The translations under genes and the position numbers were made by a program. A stretch of 64,000 bases of DNA, from the NCBI GenBank assembly GCA_000708835.1, contig DF236957.1, positions 372,001 to 436,000 on the forward strand, read 5' to 3'. Shown in pieces: positions 34,127-46,794 of the stretch. The notes below the pieces were generated by a model. The model saw nothing but the letters and a program-made list of their open reading frames with translations. It had not been told where the DNA came from and made no database searches. Position 1 is the first letter of the stretch, and the number at the start of each line of letters is the position of its first letter. This stretch comes from Klebsormidium nitens (taxonomy: Eukaryota; Plantae; Klebsormidiophyceae).

Positions 34127-37100
34127 TCATCGGAATTGACCAAACTGGTTGTTGTAGCCGCCCATCTGGGGGTTAGCGCCGAAGCCTCCTGGGGCGCCGA
34201 AACCAGGTTGGGGAGCGGCACCAAACCCTGCTTGGGGTGCCCCAAACCCTGCCTGCGGGGCTCCAAACCCTCCCGGGCCACCAAACCCTGGTTGAGGGCC
34301 GCCAAACCCTACTCCGGGCGCAGGCGCAAAACCTGGCTGGGGACCACCCATGCCTGAATTGGAGCAACAAAATTCCCATGAGAGAAGGTTATTCCTGAGA
34401 CAAGTTCTCTTTCTGAGGGAGCAAAACAAAACAAAATAGACCCTGTTTCGGAATAAGGCAAAGGACGTATCACGGTCACGGTGTCCGCTTGGACGGTCGT
34501 GGAAGAAGAAAAGGAGTGCACGCACGCAGTCCCGTCAGGATGCACCGCACTCAACCACGGGAATCCCACCTCGTTGGCGCCCTAGAACGATTTCATGTCT
34601 CGATTCAGAACCAACGCACGTCACCTTAACACCATACAGCCGACCCCCAACAGATCCAAACAAAAACTCCCACCTCCAAACCCGCCACGAAAACAGCCGA
34701 ACCCCAAAGAAAACAAATGTACTCACCTCCAAACCCGCCAAACGGAGCGGCAGGTGGCGCGATGCCGGCGGCACCCTGCAGCCCGAGGCCGCTGCCGCCG
34801 CCCATGGCCCGGCCCATCCCGGTGGGGGTGCTCGTCTCGGCCTTCTTGGGTTCCGGCATAAACGAGGATCCGTCCAGCTGGCCGACGATGCCCAGGTGCG
34901 CCAGGTTGCTCTGGGCGCCTGCAAACCGTGGGTTAAAGCTGGGTTAGGGGACTGGTTGACAAGGAAATGTTTGAGTTGATTGCTTGATGGGGTTTAGGCT
35001 CGCTTAGACCGGTTCGGCTGTGCGCTGCATGAAGCTATGCAGAGATCTCGGTTACACAAAGCTTTGGAAACAGTGAGTTGCGGTGGTTCTCTGAACGTTT
35101 GGCCCCCGGCTTGAGCACATGGCCCGGACACTTCATTTAAGCCCAACCAGATTGCCAGTTTGAACTGCTCTAGTTAGGTTGTTTGTAACAGCTTCTGCTT
35201 TGACCTGCCCAGAACGCTTGAAAACAAGATGCGGGTTTCCGGTCGACTTAAGCGTGAGTGGACCAATGCCTTCAAACGCAGTACGCAGATAAACGAGTCC
35301 TGCGCCTTTCGCCGAAGGGCACAAGCTTCATGTTTCAGGAGCTCCAGCCCCCCTCTGGCAGTGGCAGCCTCTTTCCACGCTGCAACTTCAAGGGAGGCGT
35401 TGCATTCTGAATCCTTCTGGCCCTTGGCAGGCCCTGGGCATGTATTTCCTCGGAAAAAGCTAAAATAAGAACATTTGCTTGGTATAGTCAGTAAATCGGG
35501 TGTTTTACCCTTCAAGCAGATTGCGGCTGCTGCTGCAGGCGAATTTGCCAGCGGACCGGCAAATATCAAAATTACCTTTCAAGCTTTGCGCGTGTATATT
35601 CTGAAAGATGCTTCAAACGCAGTACGCAGATATCTTTATCCGAAAGGCAACACGCTCTGGTGTCAACCAGTTTCCCAGCATCTGATCGTCCAACTCGAAC
35701 CACACCAAACTTCCAAATGTGAAGACCGGCAAACGGCTTCAATTCAGCGCCAGCACGAGCCGCGAACACCCTCTAATCGCATTTCAATCAAGGGCTGCAG
35801 AGTACGACGAGATCGGCTCTTCGGAGCAAGTCCTGAGCAGCAACTGCGTCGTTTTCGACGCATCCAGGGATCCTTACTTGGCTTCAGGTTGAGGTCCACG
35901 ATGCCCGTGCTGAGGGTATCTGCCCAGAGCTTAGAGCTCGGCTGCGAAGTGCTGGGCTTGTTCTGGGAGGAGAGCGGAGCAGGCGCCTGGTTGGTTTGCG
36001 TAGCGGGGGCCGGCTTGCTGACGGGTGCAGGGGCCGGCGCCGACCCGAAAGATCCAAAGCCGTCATCGCCTGCGTATACAATGACATTTGGCTGTCAGAT
36101 GAGCGTTCGATTTCGAGCAGAAGCTGGCCTCTCGGAAGATTTCTTCTAGCTGACCGAGATAGAAGGGCAATGAAGCACAACGGAATATGGTAGCACGCAG
36201 GCTGTGAAAAAGGGCGTCTACGCAACGTCATCACTTGGCCACTTTTAGCAGGGCCCGGTGCTCGGGGCACAAATTCGATACCGGCTTGTGGGCGACAGGA
36301 TAGTGGAAAGCCCTGCTTCGATGTCGCTATGTGACGTCAGGCGTTCCGGTTCCCAGGACGCCCACTTTACACTTCAAGGTAGACTAATTTCGCAAAGGGA
36401 ACTCCAGACGTAGAAGGTCCAGACATAGGAACCTTGATACAGAGAAGGTTCTGAAGGGGTCTAAAGACAATTAGGCGAAGGAAACCGTTGACGAAGTATT
36501 ACAGTCCACACACGACGGCGACAGCCCCCGTGTAAAGAGCAGCATACACGGCTTGTGGAGAGACCCAGATTGACTTGAGAGACAGCACGGTTGTCCACAC
36601 GCAACCAGCTGGAAAGTGAAAGATTAGCTGAAGGTTTCGCTTCAAAAGAAGACGCCTCCGCCAACCAAAGTAAGCGTGCAAGAAGAACTCACCGAAAGCA
36701 TCAAACCCTCCTGCCGCGGGAGCCGGCTTCTGCGGCGCCTGGACCCCGAACCCGTTGCTCGGCGGCGCCTGAATCCCGAAGCCGTTGCTCGACGGCGCAC
36801 CAAAAGCATCGAAACCTGTGGGGGCCGCTTGCTTCGGGGCCGGGACCGATGCGAAGTCTCCGAATGCGTCGTGAGCGGGGGCAGCCGGGGCAGGGGCTCC
36901 GAAGAAGTCGTTCGTTGCTTGAGTGGCGGGCGCGTTGAAGCCACCTCCGAAAAAGTCCTAGAATAGGGTGGAGACGAGTTTAGGGGGTTGGCTAGGGCGG
37001 AGGGATAATGCGTCTGGAGCCACGAATCGAGCCGTGTGTGTAGAATCGACGCATGTCGTTCTGGACTGTAGAGGCAAGAAGCAAAGGGAGGTGAAAGGCA

Positions 37101-40100
37101 GCGGGCGGCTCGGAAAGGTCTTCAGTTTCGGTGGACCATGTAGCATACGTAGGGCCTCGACCACGATCCCCAGCAGCGTCTCATAAGCAGCAGTTGTACT
37201 TATGAGAAGTTTGCGCAAGACTCGAAACACGACAGGGGCGCCCAAGTCACAGGTACCTCGTCCATTTCTGAGCAAGCTGGGTCAAGGTCTGATTCTCAAC
37301 CAGAGCTACACAGAAGGCGTTATGAGCCGTCTTAAAGCCCTAAAACAACGAGTGTGAAGCAACTTTAAGAATGTAAGTATTGCACGCTTACCTGAGCCGG
37401 TGCAGCAGCAGGGGCGGCGGGCGCAGGGGCCGCCACTGGAGCCGACTGGAACGACACGTCTCCGAACAGGTCCTCCACACCGGCGGACTTGCTGGCTGGT
37501 GCAGCAGTGGAGGCACCGAAAAAGTCCATCTGGGCAGCTGCAAGAAGACGGAAGAAGAGTTTAGCAGCTGTGAAAATTTCGAAAAGGCTTTGGGTCCCGT
37601 TGGCAGGCTGGGTAAAACGGCTTTTATTATGGAGTGGTGCAGGGATTAAAAGATAGGGGTGCGATGGTGCTATTGTAGGGCGAGTGTGCGAGCAGTTCCT
37701 GGATTAGTAGGGGCGCCTGGGCTTCCTCCCCTTGTCACAGATTAGTAATCTGCTGTAGGCAACATAATCAGTCCTCTTTGAAGCTGCTGATACACTGCAT
37801 AAAACGGAGACGCCAAGTGAAGCTTTCCAGTCTTCCATCAGGGCCTCGCGAGCAGCCACGTATCTTCCCAACATCCCACCGACGAACTGTGAAACAACAA
37901 CCAACACAATGTTCAGAAGCATTTTGTGATTGCAATATGTTCACAGCTTGGCAAGCTCGAAAGACAGTGAGTCAATCTCCTGAAGAAATCACGCACCTGC
38001 GGGTGGAGCTGCCTTGAACTCTGCGCCCCTCGGGTCGAACTCATCGAACCCTCCCGCCTCTTGCTGGTTGAACTGAGCTCCCGCTGAGCCGCTCCCAGGC
38101 TTCCCTACGGAAGTGGGGGGCGTGGCACGGCCGCTGCGATTGGCAGCCCTGCTGACGGCGGCCGCCAATGATGACGAGTCCCTGAACAAAAAGGGGCAGA
38201 ACTTACTAAAAACAAACTCGAAGTTGATTGAAAATATTTGCGTCCTCCGCTGCCTCGTCTGTGCTCATCTTCTTTCCGCCTCAGCAGACAATCGTGGACA
38301 ATGATTGCAAAGCTTCCATTCGTGGAAAGATATTTGATACAGCCGCATTCGACGCTAATCTCGGGAGAAGAGGGGCAGAAGAGAGCTCATTGGGCTTGTC
38401 ACTGGAACCCAATTGTATCAATGTAGTTGGACAAACCAGGATTGCCAACCTTCAGCTGATTAACCAACGTCTCACAGAAAGGCACTATGTTGGCAGTGGC
38501 TTCGCAGGTTTAGAGGCTAGCAGGGCAGACGTGATTTGAGACTAATAAGCAGACAAGGAGCACTCACTTTTTGTGGTCGTCGTTGTCATTTCCGTAGTAC
38601 GTCTCCTCGTAGCTTGGCGGGGCTGCCATCCGGCCGCGCGCCTCCTTGCGCTCCGATCTGGCGTCCTGGTGCTGGCCGCCCGATTTGCTCGACGAGCCCC
38701 TGCAACGATCGACAGGTTATACCTAGTAGTTAGAAAAAGATGGTTTTCCATGAGCTTCTCGCAAAGGCCCTGTCGTGAAGTTGATGCAAATTGCTAGAAG
38801 TTTGTTTTCCCAAACAGGCAGAGAAAGTGGTCTTCAAAATAGGGGCATCGCGATGCAGATGCAGTCACCCTGATACCAAAAAGGGCTTAATGAGCTACTT
38901 CGACGTTTCTTTTGAAAACCAGTTTGTCGTTCTGAAGCAGTCAGGCTGAAGGCAACCTTTTGTGATGAGAGGACTTGCTCAAAATCGTTTCCTGGCTGCT
39001 CAGATTACTTTCTCAGCTGACTTGCAGACAAACTGAGCACCAATACTTATGTGACGCAAGATAGTACTCTGAGCTGACCGTTAACCAACTAGCCAACCAA
39101 AGTGCTGAAAGAAACACCTTGAGATCAGCGGACGATGTGACCAGCAATGAATGTGACTCTTGACAAGTAGAGCCATGTGGGGTGGCTCGCAGTAGCAAAC
39201 CTCACCTGACATCAAAGTCGTCATCATAGTCGCCCTTGCTCCCTCCTTCGTAACCAGAGTACTTGTCTTTCTCTTCCCTGTCGTACTTGTCGTCGCCGTA
39301 CTTATCTTCCCTCGCGCCGTACTTGTCGCCTCCTGACCGGCTGCTGTACTTGTCATCGCTGCCATAACCGCCATACTTGCTGCCCCCTCCATACTTGTCA
39401 TCATTTCCATAACCGCCATATTTGTCGTCACTCCCATGACCTCCGTACTTACCCCCGCTCCCACCATCGTATGAGCCTGGGGTGTGGATCGCCCCGGTCG
39501 AGGAGACCCCACGATACCTGGGCCGATAAAGCTCAACGTGTGAGCGGGTGCCGTACGATACATCAGGCTGTCTCTGCGCTTCTTGCTTGAGGAGAGAACT
39601 GACAGTAGTCCAAGGCAAAACTTGTAGTTGACGACATCGGGACAAAATGATTTCGTCCAGTGTGAAGATAGGTACAGCACCCACAATTCTGCAGGATACT
39701 ATCGGGTGCAACACCTACATGAAAAGACATCTCTCACAATAGCAGTGTCTTCGAGTCATTGCTGTCAAGTGAGATCGTTGATCTACTCACTTGTCCCGGT
39801 TCTTCTGGGCCTTGTCACGCACCTCCCTGATCTTCTCCTTGTCATTGACCAGGGCAATGACTGTCTGGGCCTTCTTGCGCACATTGATGCCCTGATCTTT
39901 TCCATTCGGCTCAACAAACTGGAAGTCAACAAGAGTCTGCAGAAAAGCAGCTGCAGATCAGCGAGCGTGCACCTAGCGACTGGTAGGACTAGGACTGCCT
40001 CTTTATCCCTGACTTTGCTCCCGGTCAATCTAAGCACATGTGCCGATGATCCGAGATCGCAGATTCAGTCAAGCAATAGTTTAGAGGCATGAGTCAGCAC

Positions 40101-41042
40101 CTAGTTTGCATTCCATATGCTGGCCCCTTTGTTTCTCAAGCCCAGCAACATGGTTATCAAGGTCAAAAGACAACAACGCCAACCAGTACTCACTGTAGTC
40201 TCTTCTTGAAGATGGAACACTAGCTGATAAAGGGACTTTGCGTGAAAGGGAGGATTCTTGCTCCTCCGGTTTTGGGCAGAGAACCCCTTCTCTACCCACT
40301 CACCTGAATTTGATACTGATGCTCCCGAAGCTCGTCAATAACTCTCTCCGTCCCCTGCGCCACTAGAAACTCCAACACGGTGAGGGACTTGTAAACGTGC
40401 CGCCAGTCTTTGCCTGTGTCGTTCAACCGCTTCCACAGGATGCTCATGATGAGTTGGTAGTCATTGAAGTTTCTCGTCGCCGAGGCAATGTCCGACATGA
40501 GTGTACCATGAGGACCCCATGGCTCATTGCTTGTGGCCTCCAAAACCTGCATGGCCAAAGGTGCATGGATTGAGATTGGCACGGATCGCCTTGCAGCAAA
40601 AAGCAGACCGCCAGGACTTGCAACTTCCTGAGATGCAAGAAGAAGCATAGAGTGGGCCTTCCAAATCCTTGCATGACTCACAACAGCGGAAGGCAACACG
40701 TCTCTGCCGGGTACTCCTGAACTGCTCATTAGCATTTTAGGGTTCAAGGAGAAAGAGTCCCGCTCTGCAAGAATTGCTGAGCCCCCTGCAGGTTGCGTTA
40801 CTAGGGCTTACCTTCTGCTCAATTTCAGGCAATTTGAGAATCTTCTTGTTGACTTCCCTCTTCCTGCAACCGGAGAAAGACATATGAGGGCTTCGGCTGG
40901 AAATTGGCAGCAAAGGTAAGCCCCAATGAATCTTGCTGGATCAGATCTGTGCATTGAGAACCGAATGCAGGACCAATCTGCGTGAAACTTACACTTGACG
41001 CACTGTCTGGTCGACCAACTTGCTGATGTTTAACATAGACAT
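34127..41042 (-). CDS. Epsin-related ENTH-domain clathrin adaptor, 12 exons, ~713 aa
   Basis: Exons 41042-40993, 40863-40812, 40546-40304, 39936-39791, 39517-39206, 38699-38568, 38181-37997, 37537-37392, 36957-36693, 36069-35878, 34918-34727, 34353-34127. [54 protein letters not shown] motifs, [14 protein letters not shown]. Confidence 0.95.
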
Positions 41043-41489
41043 GGTGCCCCGTCTTCTTGCACAGCCTCGATCGGCGTCCTCTGTGCTCTGGGCCTTGGGC
41101 CCTAATTGATCCTCTTCGCGATCAGCGCACAATCCTTACACAGGCACTTCAATCCAGGGTTCCACACCTCTGAGGCTGCAATGGGCACAGAAACCGTGCA
41201 AATGAGAGCAATCTGTCTACTGCGGCGCCCTGAAACAGCCTGCGTGCTCTGTGACTGTCTACCACCAATCGGCCTTCGACAGAGATCGTTTGGTCAGCAG
41301 TCAGCGCCGCCCTGCACCTTGACCCTGGATGAGAGGTGGTCAACGTAGACTCAAGAACATGATGATGAAGTTGGACAGCGGAGAGACTCGACGCTGCGTG
41401 GGTAAACCGCTGCCCTGAAGATCTAGTACAGGTATTTACGTCAGATTTTAGTGAGCCAATCAGAGGTCCTCCCCTCCGTCCGATTTGTA

Positions 41490-41689
41490 ATACCGGTAAC
41501 TCTCGTGTGACCTAACGGGCGTGTGACCTAAGATACAGTTTACCCGGGCACTTCAAACTAAAACACCTAACCCAAATAATCACCCGCTCCGCACCCCAAC
41601 CCACCCTAACCACCATACCAACCCCACCCGTCCCCCGGGTGCCTATCTTAGGTCACACGGCTCTTAGGTCACACGAGAGTTATCGAAGT
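41490..41689. mobile_element. Mutator-like MITE (200 bp) with 9-bp target-site duplication
   Basis: Direct repeat CGATTTGTA at 41481-41489 and 41690-41698. Imperfect ~45-bp TIRs (..TAACTCTCGTGTGACCTAA..GTGTGACCTAAGATA / TATCTTAGGTCACAC..TTAGGTCACACGAGAGTTA..). C/A-rich core. Confidence 0.8.
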
Positions 41690-42027
41690 CGATTTGTAGA
41701 CTTCTGCCTTCCATACCGTCAGATTGAAACTGCACTCACGATGACACCGTTAGAACTGCACGTCCGATCGTCCCAAGGATGAGCCTTTCCTGGCGGCCTA
41801 ATCTCAAATCTGAGGGTGGCTCTTCACCGATCAGACGGTTTGCGAGTGGTGTGCGACAGGCAAGCTGCGCAGTCCTCGGCAAACGCGCCGCAGCCTCGCA
41901 GGGGAGTGGAAACAGGTGGAGCTGGCGGGCCGGTGGCAGCGACTTTCGCTGGCACCCTTGCTGCTCTGAATGATAGCGTTGTCAGTACATTCATTTCCTA
42001 CCATCTATCGGAGGGGTGAAAGCCAGG

Positions 42028-43671
42028 ATGCCGCTGTATGATGTCATTTGCCTTTTCAAGGCAGCTGCGGCGAGAAAAGATGTTGTCGAGATAATGGCGT
42101 CAGTTGGAAGGCGTGTCTATGCAAGGAACGGAGTTGTGACGAACGTCACTAGCTATGGAGTGCAGCCACTTGGTTACCAGATAAAGAGGCAGGGCACGCG
42201 CTTTGATGAGGTGAGACTCTGTATCTGCTTTCAGGGAGAGCTCCAGTGCCCGGAGTGTGGCGCTCTCAGGGCTCACATCCTTCTGCCAGTTTTTCAAAAG
42301 GAGTGGTAGGAAAGAACAAAAAAAAAAATACAGTGGAAAACATTACTAATGCAGCAGGGAAGTTTGCTGGCGTCTCCATGGCTCACAATAGGGCAGGAGT
42401 TCAAAACGCGCATACCAACGAAGGGCAGCTTGCTGAGAAGGGAGTGGTTCTCTGGCAAACGAAAAGGCTCTGGCATTCTGTATGCATGAGGAATTGGTGG
42501 TGGCAACTTGATTCGTAAATCAAAAGCATCAAGCTCGGAGTTTTGCATTTCATGTCCAAAGATTGTTTCTCAGACCCGCTCCTGGGAGATTGTGTCCAAA
42601 GCTCGGTAGGGAGCTATAATGCTGTTTACCAATCTATCGCTTCCTAGGTTGGAGGTGGTGTAGCTGGATGGGCACGTAATTTATGTGGGGCAGGATGATC
42701 TTCTTAAGGCACACCATCTAATGAAATATCGGCCCTTCTTTGCACTCCCGCGCGAGAAGTCTCCTGTCCCTTTACGGGATTCTACAAGCTTGTTGTTAAA
42801 GCCCTATCCATGGTGGTGATTCTTGCTTTGTATCCAGGCTTGATTGCATCGTGCCGTGTTTCATTCATCTGCTGATGCGTAACTTTTAGTGGAACCATTT
42901 GAAGCTTGTTTTTGGCTTGTCTTTTGACAGCATGTTCGCATGGCCCTGTTGCAGAGGCCCCTCGGAATCTCGGATCGTAAGTGGGATTGTTTGTATCATT
43001 CATCAACTTAAAACGTTGGTTGTCAAGTTCCTGATCTTGTCGGTGTTGGAGTGGTAGGCAACAACCAGAAAATGTAGGGGGATTAACTGTACTTCTGATT
43101 TCAACCTTCACCTCCTCTCTCCAATTTGCAGGCCCAGCTGATGCAGATGACATTTATGGCGCCAACAGCAATGGTCAAAGAGCTGCACGTCCTGCAACAA
43201 GACGACCGCCTGCTGCGACACTCTGTCCTGAAGCACAAGCCGTTCTGGAAGGAGGAGGTCATCGACAACCAGTTGTGGTCGTACTTGGTCAACAAGAGTT
43301 CTGATGCTTGGGACGAGGCTCGCGAAGAGGAAATGGTGCCTGCTTCAACGAGCGAAGCAACGGAGGACTTCGAGGGCTTCGAGGACTTTGATCCTGACTA
43401 TGATCCGGAACTGGAGTTTGCTGCTGATGAGCTTGATGAGACTGACCTGGAGTCGGAGGAACCGGAAGCCAGTGGTGAATCTAACGACACAGTCCGACAT
43501 GCGTACAACGCGGAAGATCCGAGTGGGGAAACGCACGCAAGTGCATCTGATGACGACAAGCAAGGGGCTTATGAGGCGCTTTTGAAATGGAGAATGGATT
43601 TTAGAAATAGGCAGAGACGAAGAACACGGACTGCCGTTGACGAAGACGACGAAGATGGCAAGGATGCTTGA
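42028..43671 (+). CDS. RPS6: Mitochondrial ribosomal protein bS6m with long acidic C-terminal extension, 240 aa
   Basis: Exons 42028-42210 and 43132-43671. MPLYDVICLFK..VGRRVYARNGVVTNVTSYG..LGYQIKR..QLMQMTFMA..KELHVLQQDDRLLRHSVLKH matches the recalled plant mitochondrial S6 pattern. Confidence 0.88.
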
Positions 43672-43907
43672 AGAAGGCTTCCACTCTTTATATGCAAAAG
43701 TAAGTAACCCGATTTTCTCGTGATCGTCATGCATGGCAGTGGGTTTCTGTGGCTATGCATCATAAGCGTTTGCCTGGTATGAAGAAGGTTTTTGAGCATC
43801 TCCTCAAAATGAGGATGCAAATGCTGCCATGCTGGACTACAGTCACATATATAACCAGAATTAAATCAGATATGTTTCGTTTGGAATTGAACATGCAGAT
43901 CTGAGAT

Positions 43908-44032
43908 GGGTATACCTAGGTATACCCCGACATGCACCATCTTAACCAATCAAACTCAGCTAGTGCGCTTGCATATGCATGTGAAAAATCAATTTGCAAG
44001 CGCACTAGCTGAGTTTGATTGGTTAAGATGGT
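43908..44032. repeat. 20-bp perfect palindrome plus perfect 38-bp inverted repeat (21-nt loop)
   Basis: GGGTATACCTAGGTATACCC at 43908-43927. Arms 43936-43973 and 43995-44032 are exact reverse complements. Confidence 0.95.
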
Positions 44033-44555
44033 TTAATTTTTAAATTGCAGCCTTCGTCTCAGCGTGTTACATGTACATGGTCAGTTGTCGAGCGGTGCAT
44101 CATGGACTTGTATAGAAGCACACATATTATACTGAATACACGCGCGCGCATCGATCACAAGATAACCGAGACCCATGGCCTGATTAAGGATGTTTGTGAG
44201 TCCGCGATTGACACTTGCCCGTCTGCATAAGTAATCCGTTTCGAAGAACAAACTGAGTCCTCGGCTGAGGTCCACATGAAGGGTCAATCACAGCAGAAGC
44301 ATGTTGCACATTGTGATATTGGCTTAGCGAGACGGGCTGCAGACAACGAATAAATGGACCAGAGCAACAAAGAACGACACAATCAGACTAACCAACTAAG
44401 CTTTGGAGACCATACATTCGCGAAGTACTTGTTCTGATGACAATCTGTAGAACACTCGACTTTTGTGCCAGAGACCGCCAGGTATTAGATGCCTCACGAA
44501 TTCAACTGGTCATAGGGGATGACAAACGAGCAGATATACACAATGTACAGACAAC

Positions 44556-46206
44556 CTATGGTATTTGCCTGTTGTATGGCATGTCTGATCCAATCTCCGC
44601 TCGCTCGTCCCGTTCATCTTTGATCTGCAAGATTTGGAGAACGTGACCAGTAAGGCACCAAGTTAGAAAACGAAATTTGTACACAAGATAGGATGCTCTC
44701 TGTATGAATCTTCAGGTTACCAAAAACATGAGCACTTGCAAGAAGCAGAAGCCCTGAGCTAAGAAGTCAGTCCAAGATTCAATCAGGTATAGGGCAGATC
44801 CGTCACTCGCACTAAATGGTAGCCAGGAACCCAACTTAGCTGCACATTCAAACCCACTTAAGTCTGCATTCTGTGAGCTGGATGCCCCATGAAATGGCAT
44901 GAGTGGTGGATTGCTTTTAAGGTAAGCTTACCTCAGCCAACTGCTTTTGAATGTAGAATGCATACGGCGTTTGCTTTTCCTGCAGAAGCATGCACCTCAG
45001 GTTCAATCACCAAAATATCAATCTCTTGACAGTAAGAGTCAAGCTTTGTGACATGTGCACTTCCATAGCCTTTATCGAGCGCAGAAAGACTGTGCCATGG
45101 GCCTCTGCTGAATTGAATGTAGATGCTATCATGTTCCTTTGCCCCAGACCTTCTGCAGAAACGGCACACAATGTTCCTTTGCCCCAGACCTTCCCTAAAT
45201 TCTGCACACATTACCTGGACAGTAACTACCTCTCACCTTGCAAAGCCCCACAAATGAAAGCTAAAGTAGTCGCCTTGCTCTTCACAATTGAGCACCAAAA
45301 CCAGCATGGTCTGCCTTACAAGAAAATTTCCCAAGAGTTCCTACCTGGAGCTCTTTGGACAGGTAGTTATGCTTCATTGAAAGGTCAATGGCCCGCTTCA
45401 ACCGCTGGTTACGAGCATCCGTCTCTTCCCGGGGCAGCCTTTTGAGGGCCTCCTTGACATCCAAGTCATAAAGGTCGTCGTACAGGTCATCGTACCTCAA
45501 CCCTGCAGGAAAGGTGGACATGATCAGGCGGTGATTGAAATATGTGCAGCGCAAGCTGATCTAATCGCAAATCAAAGCTGCCAATGTCTGAGAAGGACAA
45601 CGCCATACTTAAGTGTAGGCGAGAGCTCATAACCATCAAGGCTCCACTTGAGCACTAACCAAAAGGCACAAAGTAGACAAGATGGTCACAGATAACGTGG
45701 CATAGCATACTCTAAGACGCCATACCTACCACAAATATCCTTCAAGCTGGAAAACACGCAACACTTTTCAAACAAGCCAGATTTACAAGAGCAGACAACT
45801 ACATTAGGGGGACACACTTTTGCGAATAAGTGCAAATGTAATTTCTCAAATCTCCCTACTCTCTGCTTTATCAGCACCATGATTGTACGGCAAAAGCTCG
45901 AATGGTCCAGCACAACAATGACGAGCGCTTAGGTGGACAGATCATAAATGCAAGTGGCTCTCAACGAAGAATCTGCTGAGTTCTCCACATTTACTGTGCA
46001 TCTTAATGCTGCAACCTCACGCCGCATTCTGTTGTGTAAATCTGTTCACGCTGGTGTGAATACAGATCCATACAACATCAACAGACTAATCCCGTACCGT
46101 ATTTTTTCAGCGCCTTTCCAACGGCCGCCTGATACCTTGTTACCGCCCACAACCAGGCAGGTTCTGTGAGCTTGGCAAAAAACTTGGAAACTCCGGTCAT
46201 GGCCAT
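44556..46206 (-). CDS. QCR7: Cytochrome b-c1 complex subunit 7, 127 aa
   Basis: Exons 46206-46098, 45502-45345, 44979-44932, 44624-44556. LKKYGLRYDDLYD..DVKEALKRLPREETDARNQRLKRAIDLSMKHNYL..QTPY..ERAEIG..YNRQIP*. Confidence 0.95.
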
Positions 46207-46794
46207 GGTGCCACCTGCCAAGCAACCACCGATCGATGCCTCCTCAGCAAGATGTTAGTAGCCCTGGCAGTGCCCCCTGGACCTTTGACGAGATTGCCGC
46301 CCTACCAGGCTACCTGCCGTACCTCCTCCTGTTTGCATGAGGGTCTCAGGCTAGAGAGGCTCAAGCTTCCCTGATCCGCCCTGGGGCAGCAGAACTAGGC
46401 AAGCGAGAAGGTTTTGATGTTCTCACAAGTTGAGGCTGGAATCGATTCGGGCTATCCACGAGCGAGGATGGGCCACATGCTATCCGACGGTTCACAGGCC
46501 ATCGATCTCTGTCGCTTGGCTCCATGCTTGAATCGGACCGTCGAGGCCTGCTGAGTAGAAGCGTGGACGGTGTCCAGGACTCCAAAAATCCTGCCAGTTA
46601 AAGTTGGAGTTCAGACTTCAGCTCGATCGGATGCTCAAGCCTCAAGGTCGGAGCAAGATGGCAATCAGCTGAAATCAGTCTGATTTTTGAGGTGGTGTCC
46701 AATTAACATTCTGCACAAACCCCCAAAGTGGTGCTTTCAGAGGTTTGAGAGGCACACAAGCTTCCTGTCAGGTTTGAGTTGGTCCTTGCTTGAG

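Noticed and set aside
35270-35632. 22-bp direct repeat in an epsin intron; similar 23-bp repeat at 45131/45171 and 27-bp repeat at about 16145-16199
   Set aside because: Only two copies each with no spacer array, so not CRISPR-like; ordinary small intronic duplications that do not touch splice sites.
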